Assembly: GCA_964016885.1 (NCBI GenBank)
Contig: OZ024745.1
Coordinates: forward strand, 35,340,001-35,404,000
Length of the DNA: 64,000 nt
Source of the DNA: Eledone cirrhosa
Taxonomy: Eukaryota
Direction of reading: 5' to 3'
Shown: positions 24,772 through 40,888 of the stretch, piece after piece
Position numbering within the stretch: the first letter of the stretch is position 1
Layout of the letters: every line of letters begins with the position of its first letter
Notes under the pieces: generated by a model
Told to the model about the DNA's origin: nothing
Seen by the model: only the letters and a program-made list of their open reading frames with translations
Databases searched by the model: none
Program-made: the position numbers and the translations under genes

Positions 24772-26289
24772 GTGCGTGTGCGTGTGTGTGTGTGTGTGCG
24801 TGTGTGTTTGTGTGTGCGTGAGCATGTGTGCTTGTGTGTGCAGTTGGGCAATTATTTTTGGCAATATAAAATATACCAAAATGTCATTGTATGTTAGTGA
24901 TAGCGGTGATTACATTTGTCTCTCTGTGGAGTTTCCAGATAATGGCAACTTGTACAAACTAAACATTGACATTCCATGGGCCCATGGGCTCGTAAATCCT
25001 GATGTAGTTGTAAGGTTGTCTTCATCTCACAAAGTTTGTTGGACAGAATTCAACCTTCTCCTGGTCCAAATAAGCCGATTCCTTCCAGAAAAATGGTGAG
25101 AGTTTGCGAAAGAGAGGAATCAAGTAAGAAATATAGAAGAAGAATCGAATTCAGTCCTGGATTGTACTTTATTTATCGCCGTCGAATGAATGTAAGACAA
25201 ATTGACCGTAGAGGGATTTGAATCCAAAGCGCAGAGAGCAGGTTCAAATACCAAATTTGGTGCTTTATGGAAGAACGATACCTTTCTACTATATCTACAG
25301 GAAACGTTTATGAAATGTTTCTTTTTTAAATTTTGCATTGCTGCTTCTACCTTCAGTAGTATGAAAAGTTAACATAGTGTGTTATGTTGTAGTGGATCTC
25401 GGTCAGTTTTGATGATGAGTGTTACAGCTGATCAACAGGATCCTGGTGAAATTAACGTACAAGTGGCTGAGTATTCCATATACATCTGTATCTGTAACAT
25501 AGTGCTCAAGAAGATTTAGCGTAGCAGTGTGTGACAAGGAAAACCGTTTGAATTACAGGTAGACCTCATTTTCCAGCTGTGTAGACTGGAGGAATGTGAA
25601 ATTAATTGTCTTCAACGCACCACTGATAATCGAACTTATAACCTGCCAATCTTGAGCTAAGCATCTTAAGCACAAAACCATGCAGTTTCACTAAAGTATA
25701 ACGTAAAATAGCTGTATTTAATGCTGTACCGTATCATTAATAAGACAATCGAATAATAGATATTTTAATTTCCATAAAGAATATCATTACCATATATATG
25801 CAATATCTTAGGACTTACATAACCCTATGTTCTTTCAATAACCATACCTTCTTTTAATGGTATTTGCTATTCTATAAGAAAATATATTCCATATTTTCCT
25901 AATGTTCCATATTCATGAGTTTCGGCCACCAGCAATATTTATTATATTATGGACAATTATGTTATGTATGTATTCCAGAAAAATAACTTCTATAGAAGAA
26001 AGTTATACACTATGAAAACGTTTGTCCCTCTATTATTACTCACAATACCTATCTCTATAAATTTTCACTATTCCTCACTAAACGCATATCTATAGAGACA
26101 AGTAAATTTGTCTGTATTGTGTATCTAATAATCATTATTTAAAATGTTTTCAACTATAATATCGGGGTTATGTTTATTTTGATACCATGAAAATATTTAT
26201 ATAATGCCATTTCATCTTTCCGGAATATTCTTCTAAGCATAGTAAAGTAACTGAAATATTCAATAAGAATACCATTCTTATATGTAGAT

Positions 26290-26435
26290 CTTTATTTCTG
26301 AAAACATTGTCAGTGAAATATTATATTTGAAAACTTTATTTTAATTGTTTGATGAACGGAAATAAAACAACAGGAACAAAAGTCATAGAAAAATGTCAGA
26401 TCTTATTTAAATACTACGAAAAAAGATTACAGTAG
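26290..26435 (+). pseudogene. Decayed last-blade YWTD segment
   Basis: NIIFENFI (26317-26340), then NKTTG (26361-26375)..YYEKRLQ; compare LTVFEDYIYW..ANKxTG..HxxRQ. Confidence 0.5.
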
Positions 26436-27294
26436 CTATCAGTTCTTTATTCTTCTTTATTGAGACATATTGATGTGTTATCTCATTAACACTTTAGAAA
26501 ATGATTACATAACTAACCTTTCGATTAACTGATGTCACAAGAACAGGGCTAAGATTGTATACATATTTTTATGTGAGATACATTATATTGTGTTGACTTT
26601 TTTCCTGTGCTCTTTTCTCCTGTGACATTTTTTCAGTGACTCTTTTTCCGGGACTGCTATTTGCGACTTTCAACCTGGATTCAATTATTATCATGGTTTA
26701 TCTTTCATGCATGACTTCACATTCTGCAAAACCTCAATTTAAGGCAATCTGAATATAACAAACCCCCAACCAATGGAAGAGATTTAAACAATAAATAGAA
26801 ATTTGGAAATTAAGAATTAATTCTCTGTATTGAAATATGATGTAACAGTGAATATTATAATCCTTAGTTCATGAATTAACTAGGTCCCGAATTTATGAAC
26901 TAACCGAATTGTAGCTTGTTTTCCATTTCCCAATATTTCACATTTTTTGTAAAATGATAAACGATGTATATTTTATTCTGTTCTTAATGCTATATATTTC
27001 TTACACTTCATTCAACGAACCAATTGCATCATTTCTTCGATATTATATTTTCATACCATTTGAAGATGTTTTAGATGGGTTTCAAACTTTTTAATAAATA
27101 TACTCGTTTAACTGCCATGATTGAATACGCATATAGGTTTGATATGCGATATATTTAAATGATTAAAATGATAACACCTTGTATTTATCGGAATAGATAA
27201 ACCAATCAATATATTATGTTTGCATATTTACTAAAATTTGTTTATCATCTATATCTATTCTTCATCTATACCTATTCTTCTATTTTCATGTCAA

Positions 27295-27625
27295 GCTGTG
27301 AGCATCTACGTACGTAATCGATTGGCTCTCTAGAAATAATAGCCCAATTTAACATGTATCCCTACATACTGTCTTAAATAATGAAAACAAACGCTAACAT
27401 ATAAAATGAATTAGATAATATGGTCGTATATACAACGCAAAATACATCGATGTTCAGGATTAGGTAGAAATGCCTTTGAACATAGGCCTCCTCAATCAAG
27501 GCTAATTTCAACCTAAAAATTCTATTTATTTCCACAACGAAAGCAACTACATTTGCAGAGTGAACTACTATTTCTAGACTACGGATTCGACACATTTGAA
27601 TGGAGCTAAACAAACTGAGAAATGA
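27295..27625 (+). pseudogene. Decayed YWTD exon
   Basis: VIDWLSRN (27314-27337), IIWSYIQRKIHRCSGLGRN (27415-27471) and HLNGAKQ (about 27593-27613). Confidence 0.65.
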
Positions 27626-28250
27626 AATAATACTAATATGAAATATTTGTTTTAGCTTAGTGTCAGGTCAACCTTGATTGAATAGATTGATGGTCAGTGC
27701 ATTCTCTCCTAAACCTATTCATGTTTTGTAAGACAAAGTCTTTCTAAGGCTGCATTGTACAACGTATTGTTTCTTCATTTAAAATGATAGCATGCCATTT
27801 GAGGGATATTTGGATCCTATTTTCGCAGGTCAAACGACCAACAAGAAAATCTCTTGCTGGTTCATAAGAAATATAAATGTTATCAATGATAAATACTTAA
27901 TGTTTACATGCGGTCAGCTAACGGCTTTTAAATTTATAAGGCTTTTAAAACACACTATACCCGCCAATCAAACCGTCCATATATCTTGGAATTCAAACAT
28001 AAGCCCATTCCCAACTAATACATACTAATTAGTCACTTCCTTTGCAAGTTGTTATTGCTGTTATTTATCTCTGAGGCAATCCTTATCTAGCTGAGCTCTA
28101 GTAAACTATAATTTAGCTCTTTATTTCCATGGGCCACATCATTGAATGTGATCTTCATATCCTATTACAATTTAATAATGGAATTTAGGTGCTATTTCTA
28201 AAACACAGAGTGACTATGTAAATGGTCTCTTGCTAGCTCTTTCCTCTCAG

Positions 28251-28590
28251 AGTAATTTGTATTGGTTGGCAATTGGTTTATATGAATTCCAAAGTATATG
28301 GACGGTATGAATGGCGGATGTAGGAGTGTTCATGGAAGCAGAATTTATTTAAAGAGCGTCATTAAATAGTTATCATACTGCTTGGAAATATATTTTAAAA
28401 CTCTTGCTATCTGAAACGGTTTGTATAGATATAGTCCTTCTTCAGTAAAAAAAATATAAACCATTATTGATTTGTTTTCTTATCCATTGGCAATATCTAA
28501 AAATGACATATACAAGTAATTTGGAACAGAATAGTATATATAGGAGGTTTCCCTGGGCACAAATTTGAATCATCATAGAATATTTTGAAT
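28251..28590 (+). pseudogene. Decayed YWTD exon
   Basis: Acceptor ctctttcctctcag, then SNLYWLAIG; frameshift to PKYMDGMNG (28289-28315); YPLAISK (28481-28501) followed by an IW/TE* remnant. Confidence 0.65.
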
Positions 28591-29152
28591 AAATGAATGT
28601 ACATATACATTATATATATATATATATATTAGAAAGTGAGGTTGTTTTTACAAAAGGAAAAATAACCGAGGTGTCCTACACGAGTGAAAGTATAAAGAAA
28701 AAAAGATGAACTCGAAAATGCAACTGCTCAGGGTTTTTTTCATATATGAGTGTTTGAATTTCTTTTTACTTAAAAAAAAGGGGCTCACGAAGGCTTTTTT
28801 TTTTATAAATGTAATTTGATTAGTTATAAATGAAATTATGTCTGTCACGTGAACAAGTTCATTAAATTTCGAGCCCGTATTTGGGAAGTTATTTTGTAGC
28901 CTTTTAGATAATTTTATGACAAACAAAAGATAATGGTCAAGAGAAATGGGATGGGAGAATTGTTCTGGTTCAGTGAATATAGCAGGTTGTTTTTTCATAT
29001 ATGAGTAAAGTTTGGTTGGTTGATGAAGTAGTAGTCATGTGAATAAATAGTCACTTATAATAAATATTTGGTGTACGGGTTTTTATATACATATATTTTA
29101 TATATATATATATAATCTTTATCGAGCCCTCTTCGGATTTTAGTCTTCACAT

Positions 29153-29193
<41 letters not shown>

Positions 29194-30480
29194 TCATAAT
29201 TGATTGCACAGGCATAAAAGCACACAGATACTCACACACACATACACACACATATATACTTATATATATATACATATACTTATATATATATACATATACT
29301 TATATATAGAGAGCAAATAATTAACAATTATATCTCAAAGTGATGCGACACAAACAGTGAAATTGCATAAATATGCTTAAAGAAAATGTTTAAATGAGGA
29401 ATGGTATCATGTGTAATTGATTAATTAGCAGATATACATGTAATGCGGCAGAGAAATAATGATAGTTAGATAATGACAAGTAAAGATAAGAAATAAGTGA
29501 TATACTGTGAAATTTGTGATTTTTCGAATTTTGTTCAAAGTTTCAGGCGTAATATTCATAATTAATTTTAGATTTTGATAATATTTTGGATTTTCAAAAA
29601 TAGAAAAATCATCACTTACGGACAATAAAACTAAATTTATTAAAATGGAAGTGAAGCACACAAAACATAGTTCTGTTTTGGTTTCAAATATTTTAATACT
29701 TTCATGTTATGATATGAAATTTATGGCTATGCCAGCAAAGTTTGTTTGTGAGATTGTATATGTATCTAGTTGTTTATAGAAAGTTTGTTAACGCACACAA
29801 TCTCACTTGTCTACAAGAATATTAAACTACCTGTCATATACGAAATAGTTTCACCTCTTAAATCTTTCATCAGTTGAAATGGGAATATTTTATTTGATAA
29901 CATATCATCACATCAGTTGAACACTATCAGTTTCTATTTTCTTAATAATTCCGTTTTAACGCCGTTGATCTCATAATAACTTACAGTTTCCAACCTTTTG
30001 ATCCCAAATTCACTTTATGAATATAACCAAAGTTTCTTTAGGAATTATACTATCTTCTTTGAAATTATAAATTCATGCTAGAGAGGGAAAATTTTGCTGA
30101 TATAAGATTACCTACCTGAAAACTCATTCAAAGTGAATTGGTCACATCGGAGCAATATAAACCGACGGAGGAATTTGATTTAATTTTGGTGTTATGAGTT
30201 ATGTAGAAAGATCGTTGAAAGATGAAAGAAAATGTCAGAAATATTTCCCATACAGCTGGAAATAGATATGTTTCTTTTATAAGTGATTCTGGTGGGGCAA
30301 AAGCTTTAGACATTTTTACTATATTATAAAGCCCCACATATTTGATGTGATACTTCTTTTATCGACTGGCTACGTCATCCATTGACCTAAAGAGAAGTCA
30401 TTATATTGGTTAATTATATTTGTTAGGTAAACCAATTTACTGGAAAACACTTATTGATAGACACTCACACATACATACAT

Positions 30481-30805
30481 GCAAGCATAACAGGCCAGGA
30501 ATGGTGATGTGGGACAGGGAGAAGAAGACGTGTAGAAGTTAGCTGCCCATCAGATACCAATATAATATTAAAGATTGGTGAAAATGCCGAAATAATGAGG
30601 AATCTGCGGATATTTCACCCTGACTACACATTCTGATATATACCGTGATTTTGGGGGCACTGGGATGTTAGTAACTCCCTCATACAAATAGTTAGAAGCT
30701 GGGGTTCACAGAACCAGACAGAACACGACTCGTTAGGAAATTACAAGTACAGCCCATTAATGGAACAGTAAAAATTCATCTAACATATTTCAATCGAAAG
30801 TAATG
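30481..30805 (+). mobile_element. Old diverged R4/Dong-like RLE fragment
   Basis: KHNRP..MVMWDREKKTC..SCPSDTNII..IMRNLRIFHPDYTF..VILGALG..LVRKLQVQPINGTVKI aligns by eye to ORF 54371-55045; preceded by acatacatacat. Confidence 0.85.
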
Positions 30806-31019
30806 GTAGATGTTATTTGTCGTATCTACCTCTCTGTGTAGTCGAATCCATGACTACGTATTTAGGGAGCAGAATATTTCTGATTACAATTCCATGTCTG
30901 ATCTATTTGACTGTAATAATGAATCAGATTATGTTGTTAATAATAGCATTCCCTTCTCTTCATGTATTATGACATATGCACAATAGTTAAAGAGACAGCT
31001 CAAGATTTTCTATCTATTG

Positions 31020-31725
31020 AGATGATGGGCTGTCCTGGCATGTGTTGTGCGAATCTGATTAAGAGACACTTATTGCTTTCTAAGTAGGTAAAATGCGGCT
31101 GATTTAGATCGGAGTCCTAGATGAGGATTTGGTTGGAAAATTTGGATTCATTCCATGATCTTTGGCACTCTTCCTTCAGATCATAGTTATTGTCTCGAAG
31201 GGCCTTCGTTAATTCTCAAAATGGTTGGTAGTATTTCAAGCACATGTTGGGAAGGTTTTCCAGGTCTTCATGCATGGCAAAATTGGGATTCGACTTGGTA
31301 AGAAGTGCTGCTGCGAGATGGAGTTATACGAGACAGGGTAAGCAGACATTGAGTAGGTGTGCCAGATACTATTCTCATTGTTGAGCTGAAGATGGTGTCA
31401 ACTTGCTTGGCATGAAAGCTCCGTGTCGAATCCGGAGAACAGTATTCTACAACTGAGTAGGTAACTGCTTAGTATCAAGTTTCTTGTTAACTTGCGGATG
31501 ATATTAATCCTGGCCCTGAGCGTTCGGGCCACCCACTTTAAGTGCTCTCGGTAGTTCAGGCTGCGATCCAATGTTTACACCCAGATATTTGGGATGTGGT
31601 TCAATTTTGACAAGTCTACCACAGAAGGAGTCCTTGAGTTCCGCCCTAGCTTGTCAGGTGCTGAGAAGGAAGGCTGTAACAAAGGTTTGCTAGGGCTGGG
31701 CAGAAGACATCAGTAGGAAATGGAA
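31020..31725 (-). mobile_element. Decayed Ingi/Vingi-like (I-group) LINE RT fragment
   Basis: Across frameshifts: LLPSPS..VTAFLL..ARAELKDSFCGRLVKIEPHPKYLGV..RARINIIRKL. Confidence 0.65.
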
Positions 31726-31833
31726 TCATAAACGACTTGACAGATGAAATGGACTCATAAACGAATCTGTATTTCTACATAAACAGCTATATTTAATTAT
31801 CAAATTTAGGGAAATTATTAGTACAGGCAAGGC

Positions 31834-31865
<32 letters not shown>

Positions 31866-33249
31866 TAAGAGAGAGGGGAAGAAATAATCAATGAAATAGG
31901 TCCTTATAAATAGATGCATAGATTTGGTAAAAATAATTAGAATTCATAAGCAGTTATAATCAACTATTTATTAATAGCCTCAATATTTAATCGAGAGTGC
32001 GTAAAAAAATAATAGAAGAGACAACGTTTATAAGATTTGAACATGAAGGACGATATAACAAACCTTATCCAATAGAACGCCATCGATGTGGCTGAGTAGA
32101 ACTGACTCCCTATCTCACTCATTAAGGCGCTATGACATCTGGTCTCCATAGACATTATATCTTCTCTCCGTATTTACAATGTTTTTCTAAATTAGCTACT
32201 TGCATGCCAGCACTAACTAATCAACACACCACATCTTTTTTCGTGACTTCTACTGTGTCTCACACAATACTCTCCACTATAAACACATTGTTTATTGCTT
32301 CCTCTCTAGGGAGCCAGCATTTTTACCTTGCATACGTCGAGATGAGCATCAATTTTATTGATCTCAACATTCTCAGAGTAATTATGAAGGTCTTGCATGC
32401 TGTTTTGTTTCTTTTATATATTTAATATATGTAAACAGCTCAGTGTTAACCTCTTTTTCTATTATTTGCTACCACTCAAGTTGTCTTTGTTGTTGATGTG
32501 GTTGGCAAGTGATACATTAACATTGATCGAAAAGACTTATCATGAAAAGTATTCCAGCTGTGACCATCTTGACTTAAATATTTTTAGAACTATATTATGT
32601 AACGAGTGTTTCCCTTCCATAACATAGTTTGGTATGATTTGTCGGACATTTCCCTGCCATTTATCAAAGACTACAGAAACGAGTATCTACGAAGACGCTC
32701 ACTCCTTGTCAACATGAATTAACTGTAAAGAAAGATAGCTAGAAATGTTTGATATAAACGCGATATCTCCAGGTAGATATGATCAATAAGTATGGGAATA
32801 TGGAACATATTAGTTTTATAAAATATATTATCATAATAATCAAGCACTTAACACACTCCCCGTTACCCTATTGATACATTTTCAAGTTTCATTTTTTTAG
32901 GCCATTTCATAGAACATTCTGGAAATAACATTTCATGACAAATTAATTGAGCTGAAAAAATAATATTATTTCTCTTTTCTTTTTCTATTCCTATTAAATC
33001 ATTTCTCTTGGCAAACCTAACTAAACAACAAGACTTTCATATGGAAAAAATAACGACGGTGACGACAAGAATGATGAATATAACGTTATTGATGATTATC
33101 ATGATGATGATGGTGATATTGACGATGTTTATAAAGGTGATGAGGATGATGTTGATAAAAATGATACTGATAATCAGAATAATGTTGATGATGGTAACTA
33201 TGACGATTTTACTAATGATTATAATATTGATGATAACAATGATGATGAA

Positions 33250-33790
33250 GGTGATGTGGATAATACTGATAATGATGATGATGATGTAGGTGATGTGGAT
33301 AATACTGATAATGATGATGATGATGTAGGTGATGTGGATAATACTGATAATGATGATGATGATGTAGGTGATGTGGATAATACTGATAATGATGATGATG
33401 ATGGTGATGTAGGTGATGTGGATAATACTGTTAATGATGATGATGATGTAGGTGATGTGGATAATACTGATAATGATGATGATGATGTAGGTGATGTGGA
33501 TAATACTGATAATGATGATGATGTAGGTGATGTGGATAATACTGTTAATGATGATGATGTAGGTGATGTGGATAATACTGTTAATGATGATGATGATGTA
33601 GGTGATGTGGATAATACTGATAATGATGATGATGATGTAGGTGATGTGGATAATACTGATAATGATGATGATGATGTAGGTGATGTGGATTATACTGTTA
33701 ATGATGATGATGATGTAGGTGATGTGGATTATACTGTTAATGATGATGATGATGTAGGTGATGTGGATAATACTGTTAATGATGATGATG
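33250..33790 (+). repeat. GAT-rich minisatellite, 14 units of mostly 36-39 bp, within a wider GAT-rich tract (33040-34340)
   Basis: Unit GATGTGGATAATACTGATAAT(GAT)nGTAGGT; translates as DVDNTDNDDDDVG. Confidence 0.95.
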
Positions 33791-33807
33791 GGGACGATCA
33801 TAATAAT

Positions 33808-33990
33808 AATTGTTTCTACTTTTGGCACAAGGCCAGCAATTACCCAGTGTATTACTGGTACTTTATGTTATCGACCCCATATGGATGAAAGGCAAAGTTA
33901 ACCTCGGCTGGATTTGAACTCAGATCGTAAAGGGACGTAACTACGCTGGAAAGCATGTCTGACCCTCTACCGATACTGCCAATTCACCTA
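33808..33990 (-). mobile_element. tRNA-derived SINE (main family)
   Basis: Full match to the family consensus. Confidence 0.9.
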
Positions 33991-35270
33991 ATAATAATGA
34001 TGATGAGGATGTGGGTGATGATATCTATTTGCTAGTGCTGATGATGAAGATGACGACGATGATGATGACGATGTGTAGATAATGATATTGATTAGGCTAG
34101 TCATAGTGATGAAGGTTACGATGATGATGTAGTTGATGATGATGATGGTTATGGTTGCGGTGGCGATGACGATTTTGACGACGGTGATGGTGGTTGAAGT
34201 GGTGGTATTTGTAGTGGCGGTAATGGGAGTAGTTTTTCTGGTTGCAATGGGAGTTGTAGTCGTGATAGTGGTGCTGCAGATGATGGTGATGGTAACGACG
34301 ATGGTGATGATGATGATGACAATGATGATGATGATAATAAAAAAGACACCACCAACAATACATGGAATGAACGCTGAATGAAATTAATGAATAAAGAAGG
34401 AGTGTTCTAATGATTTAAGGAAATATCACGAAATAATCACACGCGCATCTCCAAAATAAATCAATTTATTATATTATTATTACTATTATTATTATTATTA
34501 TTATTATCATCATTATCATTATAATTATTATTATTTTCTTTTTTTTTTTTGCTTTTGCATTAGAGCGTTAAACTAGTGGCACTATAGAAATTAGTTAAAT
34601 ACATTAATTTGTCTGTCAACTTTTGACGGGAATTATTTGATGTTAGATATTCTTTGGTTTATTATGTCTTATTTTATTTTTATTACATTTAAGGTTTTAT
34701 TTTATTTTTTGTCTCTCAAATATTGTAGTTTGATATGAAATATCATGGACCACTCCTGTACGACATACTTTCCTCTAATCCACACCCTTCTCTCGAATCT
34801 TGGCACTTTCCTCTCACTATTTGTTTACTGTCTCTAACCTCTTCCATTCAGAATCTCTTTGCTGTTGTCTAGTTTTCATGTTATTTTTCCTTTAATTTCA
34901 ATAATTTCGTTTATTTTACAACTATCCTTCTCATATATTTTGCAATACTGTCGTTTACATTCTATTGATTCTGGAAACATTATTGTTGAAGAGCTAATAA
35001 GAGAATTCCCATGTCGTCACTCGATATGCTGGAAAAAAAATGGCCAAAGAACAAACACAAAATCACAAAAAACAAACAAACAGAAAAAAAACAAAAAACA
35101 AAACAAAACAAAGAGAAACAAATAGAAGAGAGCCCTCTAAAATCACAAGCCACCGATATGTGCATGGACTGGGAAATGTAGGTATCCAAACGAGGGAATC
35201 AGTCAAGGCTTGATGTGAAATGTAGGCCGCATTTCATACTGCTCATACAGAAATTTAGTCATATGATATA

Positions 35271-35472
35271 TAAGAGGGTGGGCTGAAATGTTCATATGCT
35301 GACTATGGAAACGTGATGCTAGAACAGTAAAGCCTTGCATCCCTTAATTTCAACCTACCTTATTAATAACTGAATTGTTTCTTTCCACGGATTAAGTTGA
35401 AATATAAACCTTATTTGGTTATTCCATGAGAGTATCTTGGTCAGCCTATGAACGTTGCGGCCGATCCTCGTA
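35271..35472. mobile_element. Decayed mariner-type MITE
   Basis: Imperfect TIRs taagagggtgggctgaaatgttcatatgctgac / gtcagcctatgaacgttgcggccgatcctcgta, with TA ends. Confidence 0.7.
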
Positions 35473-35697
35473 TATAAACACACGTTAAGAAGAGAATAAT
35501 CTGTTATTCATATTTCTTGCGTCCTTGTATAAATAAATAACATTGTGTGTTTGTAATTGTTAGAAGGTAGATCTTTGTATTCCAAGTATATCTTATACTA
35601 GACAATCTGGTCGCCACAAGCGAAAGACACTTGAAATTGAATACAATATCGGTGGGATTTGAAAAATAGGTAAAATATTCTGGCAAGCAAATAACCT

Positions 35698-35880
35698 GGG
35701 ATTGGCAGTATTGGTAGAGGGTCGGACGCCATGCTTTGCAGCAAGATACGACACTTTACAGTCTGAGTTCAAATACCGCCGAGGTTAACTTTGCCTTTCA
35801 TACTTACAGGGTTGATAAAATAAAGTACCAGTAATACACTGGGATAATTGCTGGCCTTGTGCCAAAATTAGAAACAATTA
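35698..35880 (+). mobile_element. tRNA-derived SINE (main family)
   Basis: Full match to the family consensus. Confidence 0.9.
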
Positions 35881-36551
35881 TAATGTTTATAGCAATTATT
35901 TGTGACAGGAGTGTGAGTGGGACCTAATTAATGACAAGATTTAACGCAACCACTAGGCTCGTAAGTGCCTTTAGTGTATCGTACTCTGTTGTAGATAACG
36001 TGCTTCCTATTTCCTAGAAGTCACATTCGAAAAGATAAATAAATGTATAAATGAATAAAAGAAAATTATTGGGCGCTGTCCATTTTCATCTGATTCAGCC
36101 TTAAAAATAGAGAAATGTATGACTTTTAAGTCATCAATGTTTTTAGAAAGTTAAATGTTGAAAGATTTAACGAGGGAGAGTATGTGTATCAATATCGTTA
36201 GTGGTTGCGTGACATAAGGATATCTAAGGACATGTATTCCCATCTAATATTAATATATTTGAACATATATTACGGAATAATATTAACAATAATGTAAGCT
36301 GATAAGCGATTGTAAAGGTGCTTTAGATAATAATGGTAAGAGAGATATAACACGGCATGACATTTTAATATATAAAACCGTGGTGAAGGGTTATTATTAA
36401 ATAATGATACAGTGGTACGTTTTTTTCCTTTTTCAAATTATAAATTGGAAAGATTTATATACATAATTGTATAAGGATTCAGGGCACAGCATCTTGCCTG
36501 AAATTTCGTATTCGATTACTCACCGTTGTGGTGATGCTATCATATAAATTG

Positions 36552-36610
<59 letters not shown>

Positions 36611-37859
36611 TTATATATACATATACACATTTATATATTAGAAGGTAGATGCCGTGAGAATTGGATATATAATATTATGTAGTGTAGTGCAGATGGGATT
36701 TGATATTGTCATATTTCTACACATTACAAATATAAAGAACAGTGTCATGACACCAATTGAACATTTTAATAGTGAGATAATATTTTATTTGAATTCGTTT
36801 CTTATAAAAATTAATTCAGCGAACTGGGATAACACAAATGCAACAAAATACAAAAAATAAGTACAATAAAAAAAAAAGTAAGGGATATATTAACTTTTGT
36901 TTCTGAAAGTATCAGAAAGGAAAACAGTAATATAAAATATTAAATAAATAAAAATGTATATTAAATAAAAATAAAGTAAAGAAATATGAAAAAATACCAT
37001 TTGGATTAGCTGTCGTAGAGATGGAACAACTTACGAAACAATATATTTAAAACACTATATTTTTTATTGTTTATTTGCCAGCTGGAAGTCTTTCGACGAT
37101 TTTAGACACTATCAACAGCACAACAAAAATACAATCCCTTCTTGTTTAAGGGAAATATCGAAAAAGGGAATTTCAAATGAACAAAGAAGAAAGTTTTTGA
37201 TATCTCGTGTTTTGTGCCCATAGCAGTGAGATAATATCCGTGCAAGGATTGTTCAATTTTTAATTCTTTTCAAAATTTCAACTTTCCTGGCGTAGTTCAA
37301 AATTAGTTTTAGATTTTCATTTTAGATTTTATGATTCTCCTGTTTTCTAATTTACCTTCTACCGTATTCTTTACATGTGTCTTTCCCCTTTATATTCTGA
37401 GATTTTGTTTTGTTTCTCTATACATCGCAATACTTGATACTTTATTTCAATATTATTTTCCATTTATTTTCTTTATAACATCACCTCCAAATATTCTGAA
37501 TCTGTTTCTAACACTTCTAAATTTCCAAATTCCATACACACAATTATAAGTTAAATTACATTCTATATTATGTTCACTCATAAATACGCACACAATCAAC
37601 TGCACGCACATATGTATGTATGTATGTACGTATGTACGTATGTACGTATGTATGTATGTATGTATGTATGTATGTATGTATGTATGTATGTATGTATGTA
37701 TGTATGTATGTATGTATGTATGTATGTACGTATGTATGTATGCATATTATATATATATATTACATATAAATACTATATATATATTATACATATACATATT
37801 ATACATATACATATTATATATATACATATTATATATATACATATTATATATATATATAT

Positions 37860-38700
37860 AAGTATTATCCAACCGTATGCCAATGTTGTTCTATGGCAGG
37901 TTAATAAATTAACGAGCCAGAACATAAAATCAAGGTTTAGCAAATAGAGAAAAAGTTTTAAAATAAATTTTAAAAGTTCGCTGACCTTACTATATGTACC
38001 CTTACCGCGCGGTTTCAAATCCCAAAATAAATGGATAATCCAGGCGGACCAGAAGGGGATTCTCGTCAGAAGGTTCTTCTCGCTTGGAGAATATAAAATT
38101 CCCGAGTTCAAATCACAAACTGGCGCCATACAAAACTGTTCCCAGATGAGAGTGAATGAGGAAGAGACCAATTCTGTCTAGTGCCGTGTGTAAAGACAGA
38201 AGGCAGGGGTGGACAGGTCAATGTCCTGCCACTAGAAATAGGAGCAGTTCAAACGTTCAAAATGTTATCTCTACCTTAGGGGAGATTAATAATTGTTTCT
38301 ACTTTAGGCACAAGGCCAGCAATCACTCAGTACATTACTGGTACTTTATTTTATCGACCCCGTAAGGATGAAAGGTCAAGTTAACCTCGGCGGGATTTAA
38401 TAATAATAAAGTCTGTGTTCCTACGTGTAAAACATACATATAGGGATACAAGTATTATCCAATCATATGCCAATGTTGTTCTATGGCAGGTTAATAAATT
38501 AACGAGCCAGAACATATAAAATCAAGGTTGAGCAAATAGAGAAAATGTTTTAAAATAAATTTTAAAAAGTTCGCTCTACTTACTATATGTACCCTTTGGG
38601 ATTTGAAACCGCGCGGTAAGGGTACATATAGTAAGTACAGCGAACATTTAAAAATTTATTTAAAAACTTTTACTCTATTTGCTAAACCTTGATTTTATAT
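37860..38700 (-). mobile_element. Partial-tandem plus inverted non-coding element, interrupted by a SINE fragment (38290-38398)
   Basis: 37860-38003 is repeated at 38451-38596; 38596-38700 is the reverse complement of about 37923-38025. Confidence 0.85.
37998..38074 (-). ncRNA. Putative minimal type-I hammerhead ribozyme, best-conserved example
   Basis: Minus strand: ACCTT-CTGACGA-GAATCCC..GGGATTT-GAAA-CCGCGCGG-TA-AGGGT. Core intact, GUA triplet, palindromic stem III. Confidence 0.8.
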
Positions 38701-38850
38701 AACGAAGGAAGTGTGGTAAGGAACCAGGTGGACCATAACGCACCAGAGTGATCAATATTCTGTAGTAGAGTGGGTAATGAGAAAATGTTCAAGACCCCGA
38801 CGGCTGAGATCAAGATGAAATGAGATCTGCCGTCGGGGTCTTGAACATTT

Positions 38851-40888
<2,038 letters not shown>

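Noticed and set aside
24939-25095. Open exon-like segment (ttccag..gtgaga, DNGNLYKL..LPEK)
   Set aside because: No recognisable domain or partner exons; it cannot be supported without expression data.
34097-34363. His-rich ORF resembling cephalopod beak proteins
   Set aside because: It is the reverse frame of a degenerate (GAT/GGT)n tract, with no Gly/Ala-His repeat structure or signal peptide.
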